In this document: positions 28,346 to 37,231 of the stretch, one piece after another
How positions within the stretch are numbered: the stretch's first letter is position 1
Layout of the letters: each line of letters begins with the position of its first letter
Made by a program: the position numbers and the translations under genes
The notes under the pieces: generated by a model
Told to the model about the DNA's origin: nothing
The model's database searches: none
Seen by the model: only the letters and a program-made list of their open reading frames with translations
IMG/VR virus record: IMGVR_UViG_3300047496_000334
Coordinates: 2,106 to 66,105 of that record
Reading direction: 5' to 3' (one strand)
Source of the DNA: a virus
Lineage: Duplodnaviria > Caudoviricetes
DNA length: 64,000 nucleotides

Positions 28346-29545
28346 CTATCCTCCTATATTCCAAAATGGGCTCAAATTTGGCGCCAAAAAAACTTCTGCG
28401 CGCTCTCTGTTCTCTTCAATGAAGTTGTCCCACGCTTCTTTAGCCAGTGGCTGCAATACTGGCAACATCGCTTTAGCATATTTTACTGCAAGTCTTGCTG
28501 CCATACGCGCGCATATTGCATCCAATGCAAGAAAATGGATATCAGGTATCTCCCCCATACCAACACCCGCATTCTGAATGCGGCGCATCAGATAAGTGCA
28601 AAGCACGTATGGCCCATTGCCATCGGGGACCTGATAAAGTGTGACCGTAGGATTCACATTGCGCATGAATAAATATTGCGAGGGGATGGTCTGTGTAAAC
28701 TTGTCGGGAAACTGCGCATAGTCCGTTCGGCCAATCGGCGTCAATATCCTGTCAATGGGATCTACGCTGTAAGACTGCGCCTGCACTTGCAAAAGGCCGC
28801 CATTCTCAGATGCAAAGGTGCTGGACGATGCCGGAGTATAGGTTTGTATGGTAAAATTATTAAGATCTATAACACTAGTAATATTATATGCGCCATAAAG
28901 TGTCAGACCATCTACCGATGTTGTGGCGCCGACATTAAATATCTGTCCTGCAGCATAGCCATGGTTATTGAGTGTAACCAGTACACTTGAGCTTGCAGAG
29001 GTGGTCGTAAATACGGCAAGCGTGCCACCGCCTGTTACGCCATAAGTCGCATTTCCTGAGGCCTGAAAAGTGAATGTATTGGCATTGTAGACATCAATGA
29101 CCTGATAATATCCAAACAGTAAAAGCCCATCTATATAGACAGGAGTGACGATCTGGAACCAGTATCCCGGTAAGAGGCCACTGCTGCTTATTACAGCAGT
29201 GATAATATTGCTGCCTGCGGTTGTGGTAAAATAAGGAGCAACATTAAACTGATTGGAAAGCTGAAAGGTGCGGATATATGTGTCCAGCATGGTCACGGTA
29301 TCGGTCGGGAGATTATAGACTGACACACCTTGCTGAAGCGGTATAAGAGTTGGCGTGGAATCCACTTTCCACAAAAGAGGAACGTCCGAACCCCATGATG
29401 CCATTTCAAGGTTGAGCGAGCGGCGACCGGATATAATATGTTCACCCGTCAGCGCAGGTGGGCGAAGTTCAATTCGGTCAAAACTTTCAATGAGGATATC
29501 CGCATTAGAAAGAAAGTAATTGCTGGATCCACTGGTGCTTGCCAT
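28346..29545 (-). CDS. head-tail connector/adaptor with two inserted beta domains
   Basis: MASTSG...F....I..E.F.R...R..LNL....W N-terminus and R..Y...P.K.....P C-terminal half, separated by two T-rich repeats. Confidence 0.7.
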   Translation of the reverse strand: MASTSGSSNYFLSNADILIESFDRIELRPPALTGEHIISGRRSLNLEMASWGSDVPLLWKVDSTPTLIPLQQGVSVYNLPTDTVTMLDTYIRTFQLSNQFNVAPYFTTTAGSNIITAVISSSGLLPGYWFQIVTPVYIDGLLLFGYYQVIDVYNANTFTFQASGNATYGVTGGGTLAVFTTTSASSSVLVTLNNHGYAAGQIFNVGATTSVDGLTLYGAYNITSVIDLNNFTIQTYTPASSSTFASENGGLLQVQAQSYSVDPIDRILTPIGRTDYAQFPDKFTQTIPSQYLFMRNVNPTVTLYQVPDGNGPYVLCTYLMRRIQNAGVGMGEIPDIHFLALDAICARMAARLAVKYAKAMLPVLQPLAKEAWDNFIEENRERAEVFLAPNLSPFWNIGG

Positions 29546-29586
29546 TGCGCTCTCTCAGTTTGCGGCCTCGCCGCCGAGGCGCAATG

Positions 29587-29895
29587 TTATTTTTTCCATT
29601 TAGCTGCATTGGCAGCAAAATTGGCTTCCTTGCCCAGAGTGCCGCCAGCATCTTTCTTTTCTTCAGCATATTCATGCACAGTCTTGCCAGCCGCCTTCGC
29701 CTTCGCGGTAAACTTGCCTTTATTCTCCGGCTTAATATGAATACTTCCGCCACGCGCCTTTTTATCTAGCCTGTGCTTAGGCTTTTCGCCATGAACCTTG
29801 CCGCCTTTTTTCTTTTTCTGTGGCGGTTTTTTATCGGCATCAATACCTTCATCGTCAGGCTCACTGCTACCGATATCATCAGGTTCATCGGCCAT
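29587..29895 (-). CDS. Lys-rich small protein (HIKPENKGKFT motif)
   Basis: acidic N-terminus, KKKGGKV, KHRLDKKARGG, IHIKPENKGKFT. Confidence 0.7.
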   Translation of the reverse strand: MADEPDDIGSSEPDDEGIDADKKPPQKKKKGGKVHGEKPKHRLDKKARGGSIHIKPENKGKFTAKAKAAGKTVHEYAEEKKDAGGTLGKEANFAANAAKWKK

Positions 29896-29896
29896 G

Positions 29897-30193
29897 TTAA
29901 TCGTTCTGTTTGCCAATCTTTTGCTTTTCGCTAAAACCGCTGCGCATTTTCGTTGGAGCTGCGCCAGAAAGAGGATGGCTGGGCGAAGTTACCTTGCCAC
30001 CGCGCGCACGCTTATCAAGACGATGTTTTGCAGCGCCGCCATGAGCGTGATGAGCTTTTTTTACTTTGCCACCTTTTTTTAGCGGTTCATCAGGAGTTTC
30101 GCCATCTTCACCGGTATCAATTTTTTTCTTATCTTCTTTTTCTTCATGATAATCATGTTCTTCTACTTTTCCGCCCTTTTTGCACGCTTTCAT
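29897..30193 (-). CDS. Lys-rich small protein with four xxxGG motifs
   Basis: strong AAGGAG RBS; CKKGGKV, LKKGGKV, HAHGG, RARGGKV. Confidence 0.7.
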   Translation of the reverse strand: MKACKKGGKVEEHDYHEEKEDKKKIDTGEDGETPDEPLKKGGKVKKAHHAHGGAAKHRLDKRARGGKVTSPSHPLSGAAPTKMRSGFSEKQKIGKQND

Positions 30194-30264
30194 CGCAATT
30201 CTCCTTAAGAATTATAGACTAAATAATATGCTATTTTAACACTGTTTCCCGCTATTTGCATTAT

Positions 30265-30762
30265 CTAATTTATGCCGCCAAAGCTTGGCATATTAGCCAT
30301 TTTTCCCACCCAACCCGCACTTGCACTGCGATTGACAGTTAAAACAGGGATGCCATGGGCCTGCAAATGGTTATTAACTTCCTCGAAAAATTTCGGCTCC
30401 ATTTCTGAGGTTTTTATCTTTCCCAAAGCTACCATCTGATGGGCTATTCTGGCCGATTTAGCCAGCGTATCGGGGTAGGTTATTATCACAGTAGGAGTCT
30501 TGCCGGACTGCATAATCTTTAGCGGAACATGGGGGAGGCAGGAAAGCGACAAAAATATTTCACCGTCCTTATTTTCTTCCGGACCGATAGAAACATGCGT
30601 CATAACAAATTCAGAATTTTCCAGCACTTCAGGAAATTTTAATTGTATATACAATGACCCAATTTCGCAGTCTGCCGGAATACGACAGTACCCCTCATAT
30701 TCCACCTCATTGTCGGATTGAGAGGAAGGCCTGGCGCTGTGAATTGATGCAAATGCCTTCAT
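30265..30762 (-). CDS. hypothetical protein, N-half a diverged paralog of 30957-31382
   Basis: SIHSARP...EVEYEGYCR...FP...HVSIG aligns by eye with SLHTADP...EAQYVSYSR...FP...YAGIG. Confidence 0.55.
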   Translation of the reverse strand: MKAFASIHSARPSSQSDNEVEYEGYCRIPADCEIGSLYIQLKFPEVLENSEFVMTHVSIGPEENKDGEIFLSLSCLPHVPLKIMQSGKTPTVIITYPDTLAKSARIAHQMVALGKIKTSEMEPKFFEEVNNHLQAHGIPVLTVNRSASAGWVGKMANMPSFGGIN

Positions 30763-30953
30763 AATACCACTTCCCAGTCTTCTGCAAAAATATCATTATG
30801 CATAGGATGGTAATGCTGCGAGGCATGATCCCGTGATTGCCAGAGCAAATCTCCATTGCCAAAGCTTACGCACGCATGATTTTCGTGCCATATTTTTCGC
30901 CTGACACTTTCGCCTTCATTTTTCGCTATAACCATAGATTCAAGAAAGTTCAT
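30759..30953 (-). CDS. DUF2829 / Tad2-like small protein
   Basis: MNF.E......G..VRR..W ... P...DI.AEDWEVV signature. Confidence 0.65.
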   Translation of the reverse strand: MNFLESMVIAKNEGESVRRKIWHENHACVSFGNGDLLWQSRDHASQHYHPMHNDIFAEDWEVVL

Positions 30954-30956
30954 TGT

Positions 30957-31382
30957 TCAGCTCAAGGTCAAAATTGAGGCGGTTGTGATAGACGGAGTTA
31001 CCCCGCTTGACACGGCGATGGTCGGAGATATGGAGCCTGCAAAGAATAAAAGTCCGTTACCGCTGGAAACTGCTCCAATTCCAGCATAGGCCTCTGTTTC
31101 GCTTCCGCCGGTAGCAGCAGGAAAGTTGATATTGGCCACTGGAATAGCTGTGTTGGTGCTGACAGTCCATCCGCCCGCTGAGCGCGCCACTGCTTGCCGG
31201 GAATAGCTTACATACTGAGCTTCGCTTGTGCTCTGAGTCCCCGAAGTAGGATCTGCTGTATGCAGGGAAATATAAAGATTGGTAATGGGAGCCGCAGCAT
31301 TTTGCGCCACGCCTGCTATTGCAGTTCCTTCAAATATCAAATTAAGTATATCATTAGCAAAAGTAGTGTTAGTGCCGGTCAT
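30957..31382 (-). CDS. minor structural/tail protein
   Basis: LYISLHTADP....Q..SE..Y..Y.R.AV.R...GW, FP.ATGG motifs. Confidence 0.7.
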   Translation of the reverse strand: MTGTNTTFANDILNLIFEGTAIAGVAQNAAAPITNLYISLHTADPTSGTQSTSEAQYVSYSRQAVARSAGGWTVSTNTAIPVANINFPAATGGSETEAYAGIGAVSSGNGLLFFAGSISPTIAVSSGVTPSITTASILTLS

Positions 31383-31392
31383 TTATTAGCAC

Positions 31393-31743
31393 CTATGTTG
31401 GTCCGCCAGCACTGCCAGCCTGGATGGAAGTCATTTTTACAGATTCGGCTCCGGAAGTGCCAATAGAATTTACAAAAATTCTTGATGCAGACACAGGGAA
31501 AGTAAAGTTATCATTCTGGCTGGTCGTTGCGTTTACCAAATCACTATTATCATGCGGGAACCATGTGCAGGCTACAGCGCCAATATTGGTAATGTCATCG
31601 CCGGTATGCTGTATGGTGTAGTTAATATTCCCCGTTCCTACGACGCAAAACAAGCTGACATTAAATGGGCTGTGGAAGATGTCATAAACAACAGGAATAC
31701 TGGCTCCTGAAGCAAGACTCATGCTTGTAATCTGAGGGCGCAT
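31393..31743 (-). CDS. structural protein
   Basis: MRP, PFNVSL...G..NYTIQHT.DD, WF.H, FPV.A.R pattern. Confidence 0.65.
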   Translation of the reverse strand: MRPQITSMSLASGASIPVVYDIFHSPFNVSLFCVVGTGNINYTIQHTGDDITNIGAVACTWFPHDNSDLVNATTSQNDNFTFPVSASRIFVNSIGTSGAESVKMTSIQAGSAGGPT

Positions 31744-31844
31744 TGCTTGTCTCTTTTAATAAATTATTTATCAATAATACAGCATTATATAAAGAATGTC
31801 CAATATCACTATCCTGCTCAGTAAAGACATTTCAAACCCTTAAA

Positions 31845-32084
31845 TTAAGCCCATACGCCCAGCACCAGCGGGCCATTAATATCATCTTCCGCCACGCCGG
31901 TTGGAAGGGTTATCACGCTGCCGTCGGTTATCCGTATAGCCACATACCAAAGGTTGTTTGCCTGCATGGGGCCGATAACATTCTGATAGGCGAGCTGTAT
32001 GAAACCGCCCTGTACGGTGGTGAGCATCCCTGCCAGCAGGTCATAGCTTGCAGCGCATAGGTAGTAATCCGTTCCATTTATCAT
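31845..32084 (-). CDS. hypothetical protein
   Basis: ATGA-coupled to the spike gene. Confidence 0.55.
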   Translation of the reverse strand: MINGTDYYLCAASYDLLAGMLTTVQGGFIQLAYQNVIGPMQANNLWYVAIRITDGSVITLPTGVAEDDINGPLVLGVWA

Positions 32085-33427
32085 GTCGTTATACTCGCTA
32101 ATTGTGAGGGGGTTAGCTGATAATTCCAGTAGCTGGCCTTGCGAATCCACATATTGGGCAGAGTCTGGTAATGCATTGCGCCGGAAGCGATATTGAACTG
32201 CACTATAGTAGGGGTGGCTGATACTGTAGAAGAGCCTGTATAATTAGTGGCGTTTACCGCAAAATTAATGACCTGCCCCACTGCCCATGAAGAAGCCATT
32301 TTATAGACTTTTCCGGTGACAACGGATAAGGGTGATGAACCGCTGCTTGTAGTGACCCCCGCTACCGCAACCCCTGCCGCCGATATAGATGGATTCTGGC
32401 CTGCCGGGATACTAAACTCGCCGCCGTCGATAAAATCCGTTCCTGTGCTTGAACCGACAAAGCAGGCGGTGCTGGGAAAGGCATTGACAGTGCCTTCCAT
32501 GATCCATTCGGTCTGAAGCGTGCCTTTGGTGGTATTATAGAAAGACAGGTTTGTCGTATAAAGGCTATCCGCCGCCCGCGTGACGGTGCTGCCGGTCGTA
32601 GGCAGGTAAGAACTTGCAGAGGGGGCGGCCTCGCATTGCACGCCGAAAACATAGACACCGGTTCCCGTGCCACCGGAATAAACCGCAAGCCGCGCCGCAC
32701 TGGTAACATTGTTGACAAGCCCTAGTGCCACCACAGCGGCAGCGCTTGCGTTGGCCGTAGCCGTCAGCGAGCAGCGATACCAGCCATTGGAAAGCGCCTG
32801 TATGCTTTGCGCAACGTTTGTGCTTCCCGTACCCCCTACCGTGCCGTTGGCGAGGTTGAAGTTGGCATACTGCGTAGAAGCAAAGCCGCTCACGCCATAG
32901 GTAAGCTGGACTACGCTTTGCCCATTAGCTTTTGCAAAACAGGATAAAGTATAGGTAGTGCCCGAAGCAAAGCTCGTGCCCGGCGTATACTGGGTGTAAT
33001 GGCGATCGTTTGCGGCGTTATCGATAAGCGAAGTGGCGTCCATCAGGCCATCAGGTGAAATCGTTGCCGCCGTGGTTGCGCTCGCAGAGTTGAACGACCA
33101 GTAAGTGCCGCTGTCCGGAATGGAATGCTCCACCAGATTAGTGGTTGCATTGGGTTCCATCAGCAGGCCATTGAGCACCAGCGTGGACGGGTTATAATCA
33201 AAGCGCGGTACATTATTTGCCGCACTTACCAACACTCCCGCAGAATTATAATAAGTGGCATTGGAAGCACGGGAATACGTCAAAGAGGGGGGAATGGAAC
33301 TTAACAAAAAATTATAATTAATGACAGGTGAATATGCACTTACCCCCAAAGAGCCGCTTACGCCCTTGGGGACACTGGACAATCCCTTGTACCCCGAAAC
33401 GCCTTTTAGGGGTTGCGAGACTGCCAT
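32081..33427 (-). CDS. head spike/fiber protein with lectin-like domains
   Basis: RASNATYYNSAG.L..A..N.PRFDY.P......GLL.E...TNL; NGWYRCS; G.Q.E....SSY.PT......RAAD. Confidence 0.75.
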   Translation of the reverse strand: MAVSQPLKGVSGYKGLSSVPKGVSGSLGVSAYSPVINYNFLLSSIPPSLTYSRASNATYYNSAGVLVSAANNVPRFDYNPSTLVLNGLLMEPNATTNLVEHSIPDSGTYWSFNSASATTAATISPDGLMDATSLIDNAANDRHYTQYTPGTSFASGTTYTLSCFAKANGQSVVQLTYGVSGFASTQYANFNLANGTVGGTGSTNVAQSIQALSNGWYRCSLTATANASAAAVVALGLVNNVTSAARLAVYSGGTGTGVYVFGVQCEAAPSASSYLPTTGSTVTRAADSLYTTNLSFYNTTKGTLQTEWIMEGTVNAFPSTACFVGSSTGTDFIDGGEFSIPAGQNPSISAAGVAVAGVTTSSGSSPLSVVTGKVYKMASSWAVGQVINFAVNATNYTGSSTVSATPTIVQFNIASGAMHYQTLPNMWIRKASYWNYQLTPSQLASITT

Positions 33428-33438
33428 TGCATTTTACC

Positions 33439-34656
33439 TTATACCGGAGTTGTGCCGTAGAGGTACTGCGGAGTCTGCGGCGATGCTTTTCCAGAATTGC
33501 TAAACGGAAGCGTTTGATAAAAGGCAAGCCTGTTAATCCCCTGCGAAGAAGTCTGAAGCGCATAGGTTCCGCGCGGATCGCCAGTTGACGTAGTGGCGGG
33601 ACTGGTCTGGTCGCCCGCGGTCCAGCCTACGTTTGAAATAATAAAGCTTCCGGCATAGAAAATAGAAAGATTTTCCCATAAATCCGAGCGGAACATGAAG
33701 CCAAACAAGTCTTGCGTAGTCACAGAATAAGTATGGGTGCTATCCACAAAGCCGGGAGTTACCGAATTAATAATCTTATAGCATTTCTTTGATTTACCCG
33801 TTGTCGCGCCAGATGCAATGGTGATTATTTCACTCTGCGTCTGGCCGTAAATGTCAGCACCTCTTACCGTGAAAGATCCGCCCGTTGCTGCCACCGTCCC
33901 CGTCACGGCAATGCCACGCTCCAAAGCCTGCGTTTCATCCCAGATAAGGGCAGCGCCACCTGCAACATAAGGAGCGTAAAAAGTGGGGCGGATAGCAGGA
34001 GTAGCGCCATTAAGATTGGCCCATCCAGGCAATCCAGAACAGATACGAGCGGTCGTAGAATTGCTGGCAAGCGGAGAGTCTGCAATGGTAATAGTCGTGG
34101 GGGTCGGCGTGCCGGTAACATAAGTAAACAAATGAGTGGTGCCAGCAGCGTTACCCACATTGGTTATAATAATCGGCTGGCCATTGCGGTAAATAGAGCT
34201 ATTGGCGACAGTTACCGTCTTATTGGCAGAAGTAACAGTCGGAGTCTCAATTCCCAGATCCATGGCAAGCGCACCCGTCTGCACAAGACCGGTCGCAAAA
34301 TTGCGGTAAGGAACATTCAACGTTATGCCGACCGAAGCATTGGTGGCAAGCGTCATTGCCGTGCCGTTAATAGCGGGCTGCGGACTCGCCACATTCGCCG
34401 GACCGCCTGCAGTGCCAACTGTAGATGGAATGCAATTCACCGAAAGAATTTCAGGCGTATTAAAAAATGTCGGTATTACTCCGGGATTATCGAGCGCATC
34501 TTTAGGCATGGGATAATAGCGAACGTCGGGAAATCCATCAGCCTGATAAGTAATATCAGGGCCAGCAAGAGGGTCTGTATTTTGCGGCGCACCTGATAAA
34601 GCGTCCAGCATATTGCCAGCGCTAATCATCGGTCCTGCATTTACTGTGGCTGACAT
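33439..34656 (-). CDS. minor capsid / decoration protein
   Basis: Thr/Ala-rich; G.DIYGQ..SE.I, T.D.FG, ATT.TGD.RGTY; directly after major capsid. Confidence 0.7.
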   Translation of the reverse strand: MSATVNAGPMISAGNMLDALSGAPQNTDPLAGPDITYQADGFPDVRYYPMPKDALDNPGVIPTFFNTPEILSVNCIPSTVGTAGGPANVASPQPAINGTAMTLATNASVGITLNVPYRNFATGLVQTGALAMDLGIETPTVTSANKTVTVANSSIYRNGQPIIITNVGNAAGTTHLFTYVTGTPTPTTITIADSPLASNSTTARICSGLPGWANLNGATPAIRPTFYAPYVAGGAALIWDETQALERGIAVTGTVAATGGSFTVRGADIYGQTQSEIITIASGATTGKSKKCYKIINSVTPGFVDSTHTYSVTTQDLFGFMFRSDLWENLSIFYAGSFIISNVGWTAGDQTSPATTSTGDPRGTYALQTSSQGINRLAFYQTLPFSNSGKASPQTPQYLYGTTPV

Positions 34657-34689
34657 GGGCTATTTCCTAATTTTAATATACACAAAACC

Positions 34690-35598
34690 TTAGAGAAGCG
34701 GCGCAGTGCCCCAGAGTGCGCGCCAGTCATTGTACCCGAATGAATAACGCTGATAACCTTTCACCAGAACGTTGTCAGTCGTGTCGTCCGTCCAGATGGA
34801 AGTTTCAAACGGAATGCGCTCAAGATAAATGAGCCCCTTAATATTGGAGAGTACAAACCATGCGTAATTGGACGTAAAGAAGTCCATCACCTCATAGCCT
34901 TCGGGAAGCTGACCGGTGGCAATAAGTGCATTCACATCGTTATCTGCCGTACCGGGGCGAAGCTCTGTTTTGGTGAGGCGCGATGCCACATATTCCAAAG
35001 AAGGCGGCACCAGAAGCTTACGGCCACGCGCAAAGATTTTGAGGTTAGCGTTGTTACGGAAAGCGCGAATGGCAATAAGGGCATTATAAAGCGATGTCTC
35101 GTTAAGATCTACATCAGTCGTAGGCTGATTGGCAACCGTGCCGCCGTCAACTGGATGAGCCGTATTGATGAGCGATACGCCATCTCCGCCAATCTGAGTC
35201 TGATAGGTGGTCGCCGTATTAAACAGGTTGGCGCCAAGGATTTCCTGACCCTGCTGGAATGATTCCAGAAGACCAAGATTCATCGGGTCAAAGGCAGTTT
35301 TGTAAAGGTTGTCATCAATAGATTTGCGCGTCAGTGAGTAACCAAGCGCAATTTCCAGATGTTCCTGCGTATAAACATAACGCTGACCGGAATTGTTGTC
35401 AAAGGTGGTTGCCTGACCCTCTGCTTTGATGTACGGCAGACCGACATAGCGCATACTGACCGAGCGCTCGACCGCCATCTGCGATGTGCCTTTGCTGTAG
35501 ACTTTCGACCACTGCATCGGAATCTGTTCATACATGCCCGGAAGTTCCATGACGCCCGGCAGGAGGAGATCTTTAATATAGGCAAGTGATATGGCCAT
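34690..35598 (-). CDS. major capsid protein
   Basis: MAI......LLPG, K.EG....D, ALGY..T...I.DNLY, GGDGVSL..TAHP, L.VPP.L, AD.D.N, RYSFG..DWR..WG. Confidence 0.88.
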   Translation of the reverse strand: MAISLAYIKDLLLPGVMELPGMYEQIPMQWSKVYSKGTSQMAVERSVSMRYVGLPYIKAEGQATTFDNNSGQRYVYTQEHLEIALGYSLTRKSIDDNLYKTAFDPMNLGLLESFQQGQEILGANLFNTATTYQTQIGGDGVSLINTAHPVDGGTVANQPTTDVDLNETSLYNALIAIRAFRNNANLKIFARGRKLLVPPSLEYVASRLTKTELRPGTADNDVNALIATGQLPEGYEVMDFFTSNYAWFVLSNIKGLIYLERIPFETSIWTDDTTDNVLVKGYQRYSFGYNDWRALWGTAPLL

Positions 35599-35613
35599 AG
35601 GTCTCTATTCCCC

Positions 35614-36228
35614 TTATACGCCGGTTGCGTTAGTTGCCGACCAAGCAGTAGGATTGGCAATAACTTCGATAGTGTTGTTAGCCTGTGTATTGTCATAACC
35701 AAGGTTCCCAATGGGGCCGAGGTAATTGTTATAACCGATACCCAGAATGCGGAACGGATAAGTGCTGGCTGTAGAAACAGTAGCAAAATCTACATAGGCC
35801 GTGCTGAGTCCGGTCGTTGTATTGGGAGCCGCATTGGCTGCAAAGTTAATATTCAGGCCAACGTTTGCCTGAACCACCGGGCCGCCATCGCCTGACTGGA
35901 CAGCGAACACTGCCTGTGGATCGGTAATAACTGAAGCAAAAACACTGTTTGCAAGGGCAGTGCCAGGAGCAAGCCATGCGAGTGTGCGAATTTTTTTCTG
36001 CTGGACGGTGTCGTAATACTCGACCCAGTCAATAACGCCAAAAACGGGGTTATCCGTGGTAAGCGCGCGGTCAATAAAACCAGTATTGAGAAGTTTTACT
36101 ACATCGCCCTTGCCAAAGGAATTGGCATTGGTGCTGGCAATTTCAGCGATCGTAGTCTGATAAGTAGGGGCACCGCTATAATAGTTGCGAACGAAGCTAA
36201 AGCCGTTCGGAGCGAAAGTATTAGCCAT
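35614..36228 (-). CDS. capsid cement/minor head protein
   Basis: MAN..AP.GF, I..GD.V, DP...F.VQ, TG.S, P.RI.G; directly upstream of major capsid. Confidence 0.75.
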   Translation of the reverse strand: MANTFAPNGFSFVRNYYSGAPTYQTTIAEIASTNANSFGKGDVVKLLNTGFIDRALTTDNPVFGVIDWVEYYDTVQQKKIRTLAWLAPGTALANSVFASVITDPQAVFAVQSGDGGPVVQANVGLNINFAANAAPNTTTGLSTAYVDFATVSTASTYPFRILGIGYNNYLGPIGNLGYDNTQANNTIEVIANPTAWSATNATGV

Positions 36229-36261
36229 ATGAACAAACTCTTTTGTTCTATGAGTAACACA

Positions 36262-36313
36262 TCCGGCGCGGAGGGTTGGTCTCGTTCAATTTACCACTTG
36301 CGGCGCGCAAGTG
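36262..36313 (-). promoter_or_regulatory. two hairpins with identical GCGCC loops in the capsid-operon leader
   Basis: mRNA: CACTTGC-GCGCC-GCAAGTG and TCC-GCGCC-GGA; possible promoter TTGCCT(36357)-16-TATTAT upstream. Confidence 0.5.
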
Positions 36314-36372
36314 AACTTCATTAATGGTTATAATAACATTTTATGCCATTAAGGCAAAGATTTTTTTATGGT

Positions 36373-36480
36373 CTATTTATTAGGCGGGATGTGCAGAGGT
36401 GTATAGCGGAACCATAGCGCATCCCATTTATCGTCTTCGGCGCATCCTGATAGCAAAAGAATCAGGATGACTATCCTCAT
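36373..36480 (-). CDS. small lipoprotein
   Basis: MRIVILILLLSGC lipobox; ATGA coupled. Confidence 0.55.
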   Translation of the reverse strand: MRIVILILLLSGCAEDDKWDALWFRYTPLHIPPNK

Positions 36481-36692
36481 TTTGGAGGTGCCCATCCGCA
36501 ATGCGATATCCCATAAACATCGACTATCTTTAATTTGCGCGCATTCATATCGCTCAAAAACTCGGAAGAATCTAAATAAACAGGGCTGGCGACTAAACAA
36601 AAATCATTATTATTGCTTTGTTTCGTGCAGCCACTTATTTGCATCGCCATCAGGCTCAGACATAATCTTATCACGAATTGTTTTTGCATCAC
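36477..36692 (-). CDS. o-spanin (Rz1-like lipoprotein)
   Basis: ISGC lipobox, DFC....P, C-terminal CGW; overlaps the upstream gene in another frame. Confidence 0.7.
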   Translation of the reverse strand: MMQKQFVIRLCLSLMAMQISGCTKQSNNNDFCLVASPVYLDSSEFLSDMNARKLKIVDVYGISHCGWAPPK

Positions 36693-36834
36693 AAGCTGCC
36701 CTTAAAGACTGTTCGCTATCAGAATTCTGCTGTTTTAATTCACCCATTTCCTGCATCTGATCATCATGAGTCTTTTGCTTCTCTTTTACAAAAAAACTAA
36801 TTACCCATTCGATAACAGATGCAAGAAATGACAT
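36610..36834 (-). CDS. i-spanin (Rz-like)
   Basis: short N-terminal hydrophobic anchor plus coiled coil, overlapped by the lipoprotein gene. Confidence 0.6.
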   Translation of the reverse strand: MSFLASVIEWVISFFVKEKQKTHDDQMQEMGELKQQNSDSEQSLRAACDAKTIRDKIMSEPDGDANKWLHETKQ

Positions 36835-36838
36835 AAAA

Positions 36839-37207
36839 TTAAGATGCAGCCGTTACGGAAGCAGCGGTGCCATTGACAGCCGCCTGCGCGGCTGAAATCT
36901 TGGCAGACACCATCGCAGATAGCGTTACAGCCGCTTCCTGCGATAGCGAAACTCCCTGTGAAGCAAGGACTGGCAAAAGAGATTCGGCACCAGCTACAAT
37001 GCCTGCAATAGGATCCCCCCCAGTCGTGATTGCCGTTGTGATTCCAGTCAGCAACGCAGATCCATCGGCAAGTAAATCTTTTTCAAACACAGGCGAAAGT
37101 TCGTCAATAATACTTTTTGCATTTGACACAACAACAGCGGCAGATGTGCCAAACCAGTTTAGAAAACCTGCCCAGCCGTTCTTAAAGAAAATAAAGATAG
37201 CGTTCAT
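36839..37207 (-). CDS. hydrophobic Ala-rich protein (lysis-associated candidate)
   Basis: GGAG RBS; precedes the spanin pair. Confidence 0.5.
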   Translation of the reverse strand: MNAIFIFFKNGWAGFLNWFGTSAAVVVSNAKSIIDELSPVFEKDLLADGSALLTGITTAITTGGDPIAGIVAGAESLLPVLASQGVSLSQEAAVTLSAMVSAKISAAQAAVNGTAASVTAAS

Positions 37208-37231
37208 TTTAATCTCCATTAAATAGTTAAT

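Noticed and set aside
20555-33427. Diversity-generating retroelement acting on fibers
   Set aside because: No reverse transcriptase, and no template/variable repeat pair noticed by eye
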